A stretch of DNA of 64,000 bases from Felis catus (lineage: Eukaryota): the NCBI RefSeq assembly GCF_018350175.1, contig NC_058382.1:53198001-53262000 (forward strand), given 5' to 3'. The position numbers were made by a program, and so were the translations under genes. Below are positions 11,306 through 22,940 of this stretch, piece by piece. The notes below the pieces were generated by a model that worked only from the letters and a program-made list of their open reading frames with translations, was not told the DNA's origin and did not search any database. Numbering within the stretch: the first letter of the stretch is position 1; the number at the start of each line of letters is the position of its first letter.

Positions 11306-14300
11306 AAAGTGATCAGTGCAGCGTGGTCATTATACATATGAACAAAAACATGTAATGGAAACACAACAAATGAAAACTAAGTAGTTGTGGGTAAGAGTAT
11401 GCTACCTTTTTTTTTTTTTTAATGAGGTTAGCTTTTATTTTGAGGGAAGAAAAAACAACTTCAAAAACACAGGAGAAATACACGCGAGTGGGTGATCCTC
11501 TCTAGAGGGGGGCACAGTGAGAAGCGATACTCGCCTTCTCTTGGTACCTCATGTCGGGAGGAGGCGGGAACGGCTGCCAGGGAGAAGGGAACCTTCCCTA
11601 ACGAGGATTTCTTTCTCACTCAAAGACAGTCAGGCTGCAACAATGCTCAGGTCACCTCTGGCCAGACTCCAAACGGGGAAGAGGAGTCGTAAGAGCGGTG
11701 GGACCCAGGTGACTACTTGGGCATCTAGGTTCTCCCTGCCATAACCTGGATGGGACGTCTCAACTGCAACACGGCTTCAAGCATACTCCAAGCAGAGAAT
11801 TCTAGGGTCAGAGAAGTTCATCTCAACACCGTATCGTAAAATGCTCAGCTTTTCTGTTCATTAAAAAAAAAAAAAAAAAAAAAAAAAAATTCGGAAGAGG
11901 GAATTCAGGACAAGAATGTTATTTTGGACAAAGCAAACAAATCCCATGTCCCTGATATGAAGTTAATCCACTGAAATAGACATTCACCGAGCCCTGATGT
12001 GGTCACGTAAGCCTCCAAACAATCCTCTGATGCAGGAGCTAGTTCCTTCACACTTGGCGCAAGGGACAGTGACGCGTTGGAAGATAATTAACTTGCTAAG
12101 AGTCACAGAAAAAGGGAAGGTCTGAGTTTCGCCCAAGACATGTTGTTGGCAAGGGGCAGACTGGGGAGTTGAACCCGCGCCTGCCTGTCTGCCAGGCCTT
12201 CAGCTCTGCCAGCCGTGACTGGGCAGGAGCCACGGACGGCTTCTAGCCCCTGGACGCCCAGCATGGATCTCAAGCCTATCCGTGAACTGCCTCACTGAGC
12301 ACCCAACTTCTCAAAGACATAGTCCCCTGGGGGAGTCTGTCCCCAGGCACGAGTGCGACACCATGACCTCTTGTTGTTTTCTTAGCCAGACTTTCATCCG
12401 CTGAAAAGTACTGCCCTTGTCCTGGAAAGTCATTCGACTCCACTTTCTGGGTTCTGGTCCTATGCTCATTCTGGAGGAGTTAAAATACCACCTCCTCACA
12501 CATGTATGCAGCAAATGTTTATTAAGCAATTACTACGTGCCAGGCAGAATGCTACAGCTCAGGACGGAACAAGCAGTCAGAGACAGATCTGACTCTCACC
12601 AATCTAGTGAGTGGCCAACCCACTGAGGGGCCTCTGAGACGCTTTTTCTCTTACGAGGACTCAGTTTCTCCATCAGGAAAATAGAAGTGGTTGGACCAAA
12701 TGAATTCTAAGCTCCTTTCTGGCACTGACGAGCTATAGTTTACTCAGAAAGATTCCCCCCAAATAACTCCCTAAGAAGAGGTTCAAGATTGGCTCTGTAT
12801 CCCCTCTCTTTCTCCTCCCCCAGAGAATTTCAGCCACGCCCATGCAAGCTTACAGTTCTCAGGTTTTTATGAGATTTCGACTTTCTCTTCTAAGGTGGGC
12901 AGACATCTGTTTTCAGCGCAGTTCACGATTCATAACCATATATTAAACAATTGCTCTTCTCTTAAACAACTCTGAAAACCTTAGGGGAAACACATGTTCC
13001 TGTTTCCACGGTATTCCCTTATTATTAAGCAATCAATGCTGAGAGTGTAACTTTTCATTACCATCAGCTCTCCCCCTAAAATCAACCTGTCATCCATTGG
13101 GTTAAACCAGAACAGACCAGTAAAGTATGGTTTAAAAACAAACACACCCGCTTGTCGTCCGTTAACTTAATTTTAGCACCATTTACGAGACTGTGATTTT
13201 TAAGTCATGTGTGGTATTCCCTTATTAGACTGAAATGGCCCTTTCTGGGCTTTACTTTTTAACAGATGCTAACTTGCGTGAAGCAGGCTAGCATAAAATG
13301 TACCTGCATCGGAGAAACGTCCATCTATCAATGCGGATTCTCGCAAAAAAATTGGAAGTGTTAGATAAATTGTTTCCATTAAGCTGAAAATACTCCTTCG
13401 GGCGTGAGCTTCTAATTCACGAGTTGCTGTAAACTGATTCAAATAATAACGAGGATTTTTTTTTTTCCTCCTGGCCTGATAATAATCTAGTGGAGAACAC
13501 GCTGAATCCCTAAAGAAGATGTTATCTAATGATTTCTACATTTGTCCTGAAGTCCAAACAAAGCTGTGGTATTAAAACGTGGCTTTTGTAAGCGATCATT
13601 TTGTCCAGGCTGGCTTCCCCTCCCCTGTTTTGCAAAGAAAGTGTGGTCTTTGACTGACATCTCGGTAGATGGATAGTAATCAGAACGGCGGCCCGCGGGA
13701 GAAATTAAGACAGCAACCAAGCGCGGAGGAAAACGGAAATTGGAAGAAGAATGCCGAGGTATTTCAAGAGTTTACATTTCTCTCTTTGGGAAAGGCACCC
13801 AGCAGCACACAATACATCGGTGAGAAGGAAGCCTGCTGCAAAACTGTTCATCACCAGAGCAGACAATAGACGCTGATGTCTCTTTTCTTCATGATAATGT
13901 TCCCGGGATGCTGTCTCGGGTTAATTTAGGTTAATCATACAACCGCACACGAGGTAATCTCGCCGAGAACAACAGTCCTGAAGTCTCACGAAACGGGCCT
14001 CTTTATGGCGAGCCTCGTAGGGAAAGACGCGTGTGCACAACTCCGAAAGGACCGAGGCAGCCTGGCCTGGAAATAAAATGCCCACCTGCCCCCTTCAGCT
14101 GCTGCACCCCTCCAATTCAATCCCCTCTGAACGTGTTTCGTGAGTGTGTAATACGTGCCAGCCGCCGTGCTGCTCACTGGGAATGAAGGTTGCGGGGTTA
14201 CATCGAGGAACATCTAGGAAGTGCCTGCTGCGCGGGGCACACGGACCCTGTCTGTCCCCAAGAAGCTAATGACAGCCCTGCACGTGACGAGGGGGATAGC

Positions 14301-14900
14301 AGGGGGCTGAGCAAAGGAACCCAGGCAAGATCCGCAAAACAAGGCTCCGCTTCCCCTTTGTCAATGTCCTTGTCAGCTAAACGGTCGAAAGAGGAAGCGG
14401 ACGACTTGCCTTCCTCGAGGCATTTCAGGCTCTGTCTAAACTCTTTCAATGTTATTTTGTGGTCCAGGCTACAGTCCCTGAAACATCGCCGCAGCTGGTT
14501 CATGGAAAATGCAAACGAGTCACGTGTTCAGGATTAAAAGGCAACATTCTCTTCTGAGTCAGCAAAAAGGTGGCAATACATACATTTAAACTCTCTTTTT
14601 TATCACAATAGCAAAATATGCTCATTGAAAAAAAAAAATCACACAGCATAGGAGTAAATAAAGGTTTAAGTGAAAATATCCCCTCTCCCCCCGGGGCCCC
14701 CTCTGCTTATAAACTTTCAATAGTTAAGGTCTATGCTCCTAGACTCTTGCTATGCCTATCTAAACTTGTATCCATTGAATTTTAAGTGCTTGCAAGTCAA
14801 ACAACTGCATTCATTTCAAGTCAAGTGGAGCAGATGAGTCTTTCTCCTGTGCAGGCGGCTCAGGGTTTTGCATACGTTACTTTGTATCCGTCACTTACCA

Positions 14901-15096
14901 CAGGGGTTGTTACACTTTTGTCAATAAAGCTTTATTGAAACACGGTCACATCCATCTGTTTACATGTGGTCTGTGGCTGTTTTTTTTTTTTTTTGTGCCA
15001 CCCGAGCAGAATTGAGTCGCAACGGATACAGCATGGCCTGGAAAGCCTAAGATATTTACGATCTAGCCTCTTCCAGGAAAAGTTTGGTGGCCCCGG
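14901..15096. mobile_element. MER58A-like hAT DNA transposon fossil
   Basis: cagggg...aataaagctttattgaaacac...aaagcctaagatatttacgatct...aaaagtttg. Confidence 0.8.
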
Positions 15097-15401
15097 GACA
15101 CAGTAGGTAACTTTGTGTGGAGGAAAAGGACCAGGTGGATATAAAACAAGCTGTTAACACAGATCCAATAACGAGTGACTCTAATTTTTTTTCTTTATCC
15201 ATTAGTATATTGCCTACACTTTCAATAAGGATGCACATATTACAGTTGTCGCTTAATTATAAAGGCAATTTAAAGGGAATCCTACACAAAAGTGAACAAA
15301 GCTGATGGACTATTACCAAGTAACCTCCGACAAATTGAGACAATTTATTCCTGGGATTTCCACTGCGTGCGTGCAAACACAATATTCTAAAAGGGATTTC
15401 T

Positions 15402-15620
15402 GTTATTTTCTCTTTTTTTTAACATTTATTTATTTTGAGAGAGAGAGAGAGAGACCAAGCAGCGGGAGGACAGAGAGAGAGGGAGACACAGATTCGGAAG
15501 CAGGCTCCAGGCTCTGAGCTGTCGGCACAGAGCCCGACGTGGGGCTTGAACCCACGGACTGTGAGATCATGACCTGAGCCAAAGTCAGAGCTTAACTGAT
15601 TGAGCCACCCAGGCACCCCC
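15402..15620 (-). mobile_element. Can-SINE
   Basis: T-rich tail, (GA)n, ends tgagccacccaggcacccc; TSD-like aaaagggattt on both sides. Confidence 0.95.
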
Positions 15621-15749
15621 CAAAAGGGGATTTTTTTAAAGCATTTGCAAACACTTTATAAAATGACATTTCTGCAAGAATATTTACCTTCTTATTTTCT
15701 AAGAACATAGGTGTTTTGGGAGAATGGTGACCACTACTAGCTGATTACG

Positions 15750-16080
15750 GTATCTGTCTCTTCTACCTGGGCAGCTAGACTACATTTCTCAGCTTCCTTT
15801 GGGTAAGCACTTGAGAAGTTGAAGAATTCCACAATTCCTCTTCTAGATCGTCTCCATCGAACCTTCCCTGCTAGTGTCCCTGCGGGTGGCTGACGTGGAG
15901 ATAACCTTTCGGTGACTTCGGAACCACATCATGCAGACGACAGAGCTACAAGGTAGAAAGAACCTGGGTCCCCAGGTCAACGCTTGGAGGAGAGTCACCC
16001 AGGAGAGGTCCCTGTTATGTGCTACGTGCAAATCCATTTCGCATCAAGCTTTGGAGACGGGGGAGTTTATCTGTTACTCT
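15750..16080 (+). mobile_element. MaLR LTR (MLT1H/I/J-like)
   Basis: gctagactacatttctcagcttccttt...cagagctacaaggtagaaagaacctgggtccc...ggagtttatctgttac. Confidence 0.65.
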
Positions 16081-18089
16081 TCCTGATGAGAGTTCAAGGT
16101 GTTTACGGAGCTAGCTGCCGACAGATGGCTTTGGGATGGTGGGACCACACAGAAATCCCTTCTCTAGAAAATGTCATTCAATAGCTCCCCTTAAAACTCA
16201 AAGTACTAGAGACCCCGTCAGGCCTCTTTCTAACAGGCCATCACAATGAACAAGCGGTAACTACGACTCCCACCCAAGCCTTTGTCTGCCTCTGTTCTGA
16301 GTTCTCTACTCTCTAATTGTGCCCTTAGGGACCCCCTCAGTCTCTCTCCTGCCAGCATCAGATTCACCATAGTTCCTGGTCAAGCCTTTTCCTCTCTGCC
16401 ACATGGTATTGGGTTCCACGTAACCTGAGATGGTATCTGGTAGCAATTTTTAACTTTATCAACCAGGATACTTTCTCACCTACTGACTCCTATATGTCTT
16501 GATGGGAAGATAAAGCACCATTCTGCCATCAGCAAGGAAGCAATGTAGATAAATTCCATGCCATTTATAATTCATTCCTCCTTCATTAAGTATTCATACA
16601 CTACTTATTGGCACGTCACCTAAGCGTTCTATGTAATAGAAAACAGAGCAGCCAGAAGAGAAACTGGGAGAGGCTGGTTCATCAGGAGACTAGGAGAGAG
16701 GAATCATGGATTTGCTGTATCCCTTACCCCAACCCTTTGGCAGGAAGGATTTCTGGACGGGTCCCTCGCAAGTGAATTAGGTAGCTACCTTGAGGGTGAA
16801 TCGAACAGCACTGGTGGAAGGATCACTGCTATTCTCATTCGTTATTGCAAACCCATAGTTTTTGAAGACCTGCTTTGGTGGGACCTGAGAATAAAACACA
16901 ATTCCCTTCTTAAAGGCTGGTTCTCTTAAGCAAATATCTATGTGGACTGAACACAATGAATCCATACTGGAGGTGTTCAAGAGCTACCTTCCGGTAGAAG
17001 GTTAATTTCAATAGTAACCATCACAACATTAGGTCATAATAATGTATCATAATTAGGATAGCCAAAATATATTGAGATTGTACAACAGGTCGCCTCCTAG
17101 ACTGAGGAAAAGTGGATTGTCTCCTTTAATTTTCAGAACCCTGAGGTTTCACTTCCATTATGTGTGCCCATTTTACAGACGAAAACATTGAGGTTCTGAG
17201 AGATGATGCAATTGTTGCAGGCAAGCCAGTAAGTCAGTGAGAGGCTCACGCCTGTTTGGATCCAGAGCCCATGTCTGTGAGCCCTCAGGGCTCTGATTCC
17301 CTAAGAAGGATGGTGTCTCAACAGAGAAGATGTTGAGGCAGTGGGACATCAAGTGAAAGACTGGGCAAGCAGGGGGTCCCTGCAGAGTCAGAGGAAAGAC
17401 AGAGTAAAAGAAGCCTACCAGCCACTGAAGACCAGCTGTGACCAGCTCATGGGTTTACCAAAATTGGCCTTGATGACTTGCCACAAAGGGCCCCCAAAGA
17501 CAACCTGATTTGGTGGCATACAGACCAAATGGAGGTAGACAAGGTAAGCTAAGAATCCCGTGTATTCGTTAAGTTTCAGTAATGTCAATGAATTATTCCT
17601 CCATACTTATAAAATAATTATTCAGCACCTCCCTCCTAATGGAAAATACTCGAATTAAAAAAATCATGCATATACAACATCTACTTCTCCATGAACGGAT
17701 CCTCTGGGTTTGGGTAATTCCAACATGGCGGGCCATCTTCCCCGTCAGTCCCATCTGTGAAAACTGAGCTCTGGAAAACACGGGTCCATCCTTCCCTCTC
17801 AACACTGATCTGGTTGAACTGCCAGTACGTTATTCTTTGCAGTTTTCCGCACCTACGATTCCTCTTAAAAGCCAAGTCACCGACATTTCTTGGATGAAAA
17901 TGTACCTTCCAAGTGGAACCATGGTGTGCCCCAAGCTAAGTTCAGAACAAAGCCTACTATACATTAAGGGCTCGAGAGAGCCTCTCTTTGGGGTTAAAAA
18001 AAAATGGCACTTAATTTAAAAACCCTGCTCTTTGCTTAATTGTGTGTCGTGAACTGTTCCACGATATGGATAGAAAATGAACTAAATCA

Positions 18090-18320
18090 GGGACGCCTGG
18101 GTGGCGCAGTTGGTTAAGCGTCCGACTTCAGCCAGGTCACGATCTCGCGGTCCGCGAGTTCGAGCCCCGCGTCAGGCTCTGGGCTGATGGCTCGGAGCCT
18201 GGAGCCTGTTTCCGATTCTGTGTCTCCCTCGCTCTCTGCCCCTCCCCCGTTCATGCTCTGTCTCTCTCTGTCCCAAAAATAAATAAACGTTGAAAAAAAA
18301 ATTAAAAAAAAAAAAAGAAA
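18090..18320 (+). mobile_element. Young feline Can-SINE
   Basis: Perfect 18-bp TSD AGAAAATGAACTAAATCA at 18072-18089 and 18321-18338. Confidence 0.97.
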
Positions 18321-19564
18321 AGAAAATGAACTAAATCATGGCCCGTGCCATGAGTATCTCCAAACCCAGTAGACCAGTATACATAGAGTGACTTTTACAT
18401 TGTATTACTTTGGGAGGTGGGAAACACGTCACTAGAAGACATGACCTACGTTTGACTTCCCCTGTACAACCCAACACCCTTCAAGACGCCATCTTTCAAA
18501 TTGCCAGAAATACCTTCTTTTCATCTTCACGAGGTTATTCCCACCTGTTGTAAACAAGATGGCCCTGATAGATTTACATTGCAAAACTGAAGTCCAATCA
18601 AGTAGGTGGAGAGGGCTCCTGTTGGCCATGTGAATATCTTAACTGTAACAACAGAAACAAAGTCATACGGGTGTTCCTCTGGCAAAGGAGACACATTGTA
18701 CGGGGAAAGCAGAGAGTTAAATCCCCTCCCATGTCCCAGTTTGCTTACCCATCATGCCGACATGGCACACAGCTGTGCCCACGCCACATGAAGGCTGTGT
18801 GCTAACATGCATCCCGGAGTTGGTCCCGTGTGAACACGGCACCACAGGATTTATGGAGAATGATACAATTATTCAACTCAGTCCCATTCGCTACCATCAT
18901 GGCCCCTATTTAAAGCCTCTCTGGAAAAGGCCATTTATCTCCAGGGACAAATTGTCAGAGCAGTGTTTTATTGATAGAAATACACCCACTCTGTTTTGAC
19001 AGCAACCCAGCCAGAGATAAACATGTCTCCTTCTCAATAAGTCCAAGGACTTAGGGCCTGAGGGGCTTACACATTCCAGAAGAATCCCCTTACATACAGG
19101 AAATGCTTGCCGGAGGACCCCATTGGATTAATGAATACGCACTGATGATTCCAGAACTCTCAATTTCTAACCGTGCTCAGGGCTTGGGAGAAGGTGATTG
19201 GCTAGTAAGTCAAATCGACTAGAGAAAGCTGTTCTTTACAACCTTAAGCTAAGTAACAGATGACAGAAGTCCCCTTTGCTGAGCAAGGACCTTCTGCAAC
19301 ATGAGCTTAGAATATGCCTACCCTGTTTTTCACACCCTGGCAGCCAGCATCCAGAAACAGCTCTTCACAAGGAAATAACTCAGGTTCTACCTCTCAGTGA
19401 GATGGCCTATTCCTGGAGCCTCCTCTTTCTGGGACATTTGCTAAAAATTAAACTTTGAATATGGAATGATTGTATTTATATGCAAATGCATGTGGGTCTT
19501 TTGCAGCACAGAAGAAAAAAATATATTTTGTTTATTTCTTCCTACAAAGCCTTTTTTTAAGGAA

Positions 19565-19580
19565 TACGCGCGCGTGCGCG

Positions 19581-19629
<49 letters not shown>
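19565..19629. repeat. (CG)n(CA)n compound microsatellite
   Basis: About 65 bp of uninterrupted purine/pyrimidine alternation. Confidence 0.95.
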
Positions 19630-19633
<4 letters not shown>

Positions 19634-21369
19634 CTAGGTGATTCTTCTGTGTGGGCTTATAAGAAATTTGGGTGAAACGTGACCTTGCAGGGAGTTATCA
19701 AAGACTGATAAATATAGTGACCATCGCAGTTGGAAAGAAAACCCACTTGGCACCAAAAATACACTTTGTTGATTAGGACGAGGTTGACAGGGGCCATTCT
19801 CTTCGAGAAAAGAGCTCTCCCTGAAACAATTTCCAAATTAGCTCTGCAGGAATTTTCTGTCCAACAGGTATCACCTGCGGTTTGCTCCCCAGTTTAACAC
19901 GCTTCGCTCCCAGCTCTACGGACGGAGTACAGGGGAGCACCCCAAAGCCAGGCACCTCTTCAGAATCGAGTAGCACTCGGACTTTTTTTTTTTTTTTTTT
20001 TAAGCGCGATCCCATTCGGACAATGATACTACACGGAATGAAACGACTAATAATAATACTCAAAATGTCAAGTGTAATACTGAAACATGTCAGTATTTTC
20101 TCATTCGACCCTGTCAGCAGCAAATCCAATCTGAAATATGCTGACAATAGGGGAGCTATGAAAACCAATATACTTGATGAGCCAGCCGTCCAATAAATTA
20201 TATATGTGTACATATACATTTGTATGTACTGCACCCAGAAGTAGGAGACATGGGCAAGTGGGGCTTCAGGATGGCTCGACACATTACAGCATCCATTAGT
20301 TTATGCTCGACATTCTATCCTCCTCAAATGAGGATTAAACTTAATACGGAGTGACTGGACAGGCACCCCAGAGTGATCAAGGCACCCCAAGGAGGTCATG
20401 GTATCTTTCATCAGGGCCTGAAATGCCACGGCAACTGGAAATCAGGACAAGCAGTACCCACAGCTACCTCCCACTGAACCGAAACAAGAGTGGCTTTAGT
20501 ATACCGTAGAAGCCATACTATTTCATTATTCTGGAAGGTTTCTTGCAATATAGTTCATAGTTGTTTTTTTTTTTTTTTAAAGCCACCATTCTCATTTTTC
20601 CTCTGATTGCTCATTAGAGAAATATTTTTTCTTAAATATAAATGATCAAAGAGAATAAAATAAAAATGGCCCATTATCCCATCACCCAAAGACTATCACT
20701 AAGATTCTGGTGTATATAATTGTGCGTGCAGAAGGGTCTTTAGCATGTGAGTACTCAGCTAAATAGCAGAGGGACAGGGTGCATGGTTCGGATCTTACTT
20801 CTTTCCCTACACCCTCTCGATTAGCTTCAGATCAGGCGGACCTGGGAACCTGGGTGCCCGACTTTCCCTTCCTCTTCCGGTCCAGAGAACACACGTGTTT
20901 CCTTGGGCATCTTTGGGGAGAACAAGACAAACGAGTTTGCTCTGTGTTTCCAACAGGAGACTGCTTTGCCAAGGGCAGAAACCACTTTGCCCTCAGAAGA
21001 GAGTTTCTTTGTTTCATGAGAAAGCATATTTTTATATATTTTTGCGTACGTAGCAATGGAGGAAAATAGGTACAACTGACAACAAGGTGAAAAGGCAGAT
21101 TCCGAAATAGATGCCAGTTTGACTCAAGGACGTTAACCAAAGTTAATGTTAACTAAAGTATTAACCATGGCCAGCTCAAGGCGGTGGAGGAGGTGAAATT
21201 CCACGCTCTTCTTTGTACGCTTCTGTATTTTCCAAAACTTCTCCAGGAAGCAGGAATTGCATTTTTAGTTAAAAAATGGTGGTGTTAATAGTAAAAATGA
21301 TAGCTATGTTGATATCCCTAGGTTATCTGTCATTATGCTATTTTTTAGTATCTTGGTTAAAAAGTCCCG

Positions 21370-21567
21370 TGGGAGCGCCTGGGTGGCTCAGTCGGTTAAG
21401 TGTCCCACTTTGGCTCAGGTCATGATGTCACGGCTTGTGGGTTCGAGCCCCGCTCAGAGCCTGGAGCCTGCTTGGGATTCTGTGTCTCCCTCTCTCTCTG
21501 CCCTTCCCCCACTCGTACTCTGTCTCCCTCTCAAAAAAAAAAAAATAATAATGTTAAAAAAAATTTT
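21370..21567 (+). mobile_element. Can-SINE with a short internal deletion
   Basis: gttcgagccccg joined directly to ctcagagcc, lacking the ggctctgtgctgaca segment present in the other copies; TSD-like aagtcccgtg/aagtaccgtg. Confidence 0.93.
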
Positions 21568-22129
21568 AAGTACCGTGAAGGATAATGTGTGACCTTGTGC
21601 ATTAGGCAGAGGTCAAAGAAGAGAGGTTAGTCCTCTCCTTGGTCAGGCGTTGTCTTGGGTTAGAGTCACCGAGAAACGTTTCTCCCCAGGGAAGTCTCAA
21701 TACCCTTAATATTAAATTAATATTAAAATACCCTCAATATTTTGCGGAAATATTAAACAAGCTGCAGTAAAATGCAGGAAAAGATGCCTTTTTTTTTTTT
21801 TTTTAACTTTTAGCTTTACAGGGACAAAATGAATTACGGAGCATTTGAAACAGCAGTTAGCACGTATCCAGCTAAGTGCTTTACGTGCATCATCTTAATT
21901 CTTCCCATTTACCCCCTACGGGCTTGTGTTTTCAGGGAGAGGCTTATCATGGATCCCAAACTACTTCTGCACTGTCTTGTGTTCGGCGGTCTGCTCCTGC
22001 CTCACGGCCACCTTCTTCTCCTACGGAAGCTTCCAAACATATTTTAATCTCGAGAAGGAAAAGACCCTTCCCGTCACTTTTCATTTCAATGAATTCTTCC
22101 TCATTCTCCCTCTTTTAAACAGTATTACA

Positions 22130-22351
22130 GGGGCGCCTGGGTGGCGCAGTCGGTTAAGCGTCCGACTTCAGCCAGGTCACGATCTCGCGGTCCGTGAGTT
22201 CGAGCCCCGCGTCGGGCTCTGGGCTGATGGCTCAGAGCCTGGAGCCTCTTTCTGATTCTGTGTCTCCCTCTCTCTCTGTCCCTCCCCCGTTCATGCTCTG
22301 TCTCTCTGTCCCAAAAATAAATAAACTTTGAAAAAAAAATTAAAAAAAAAA
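22130..22351 (+). mobile_element. Young feline Can-SINE
   Basis: Perfect 14-bp TSD TAAACAGTATTACA at 22116-22129 and 22352-22365. Confidence 0.97.
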
Positions 22352-22475
22352 TAAACAGTATTACAAAACACATCCTCCTACAGCTGTCTTTGGGCACTGG
22401 ATGGATTATATCCTTAAAACCACAGAAGCGTATTTGCTGGATCAAAGGGTGTGGGCATTTAAAATCTGTTTTCTG

Positions 22476-22719
22476 GGGGCGCCTGGGTGGCTCGGTCGGT
22501 TGAGCGTCTGACTCCGGCTCAGGTTATGATCTCACGGTTCGTGAGTTCGAGCCCCGTGTCGGGCTCTGGGCTGACAGCTCGGGGCCTGGAGCCAGGTTCG
22601 GAATCTGTGTCTCCCTCTTGCTCTGCAACTCCCCTGCTCACACTCGTCTCTCTCTCTCAAAAATAAATAAGGATTTCTCAAAAATAAAATTTAAATATGC
22701 ATAAAAAATTCAATTAAAT
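22476..22719 (+). mobile_element. Can-SINE, first of a tandem pair
   Basis: Head, CT tract, long A/T tail; preceded by aaaatctgttttctg. Confidence 0.95.
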
Positions 22720-22734
22720 AAAATGTGTTTTCTG

Positions 22735-22940
22735 GGGGCGCCCAGGTGGCTCAGTCGGTTGAACGTCTGACTCCAGCTCAGGTCATGATCTCACAGTTCA
22801 TGAGTTCAAGCCCTGCGTCGGGCTCTGGGCTGACAGCTCAGAGCCTGGAGCCCGGTTCGGAATCTATGTCTCCCTCTCTCTCTGCCCCTTCCCCACTCGT
22901 GCTCTCTCTCTCTCAAAAATAAATAAACACTAAAAAAATT
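22735..22940 (+). mobile_element. Can-SINE, second of a tandem pair
   Basis: Flanked by aaaatgtgttttctg and aaaatgtgctttctg. Confidence 0.95.

Noticed and set aside
14410..14477. Minus-strand segment with acceptor tttcag and a GC-type donor (AAG|gcaagt)
   Set aside because: Splicing from the 96-nt candidate gives an immediate stop; peptide not recognised
17681..17875. Protein-like ORF ending DGEDGPPCWNYPNPEDPFMEK and a YY1-like CAACATGGCGG motif
   Set aside because: No recognisable homologue or convincing splice pair; a single short motif is expected by chance
19773..20282. 169-aa hydrophobic minus-strand ORF resembling a membrane protein
   Set aside because: Hydrophobicity reflects AT-rich composition; it crosses a poly-A run translated as poly-K; no family motif
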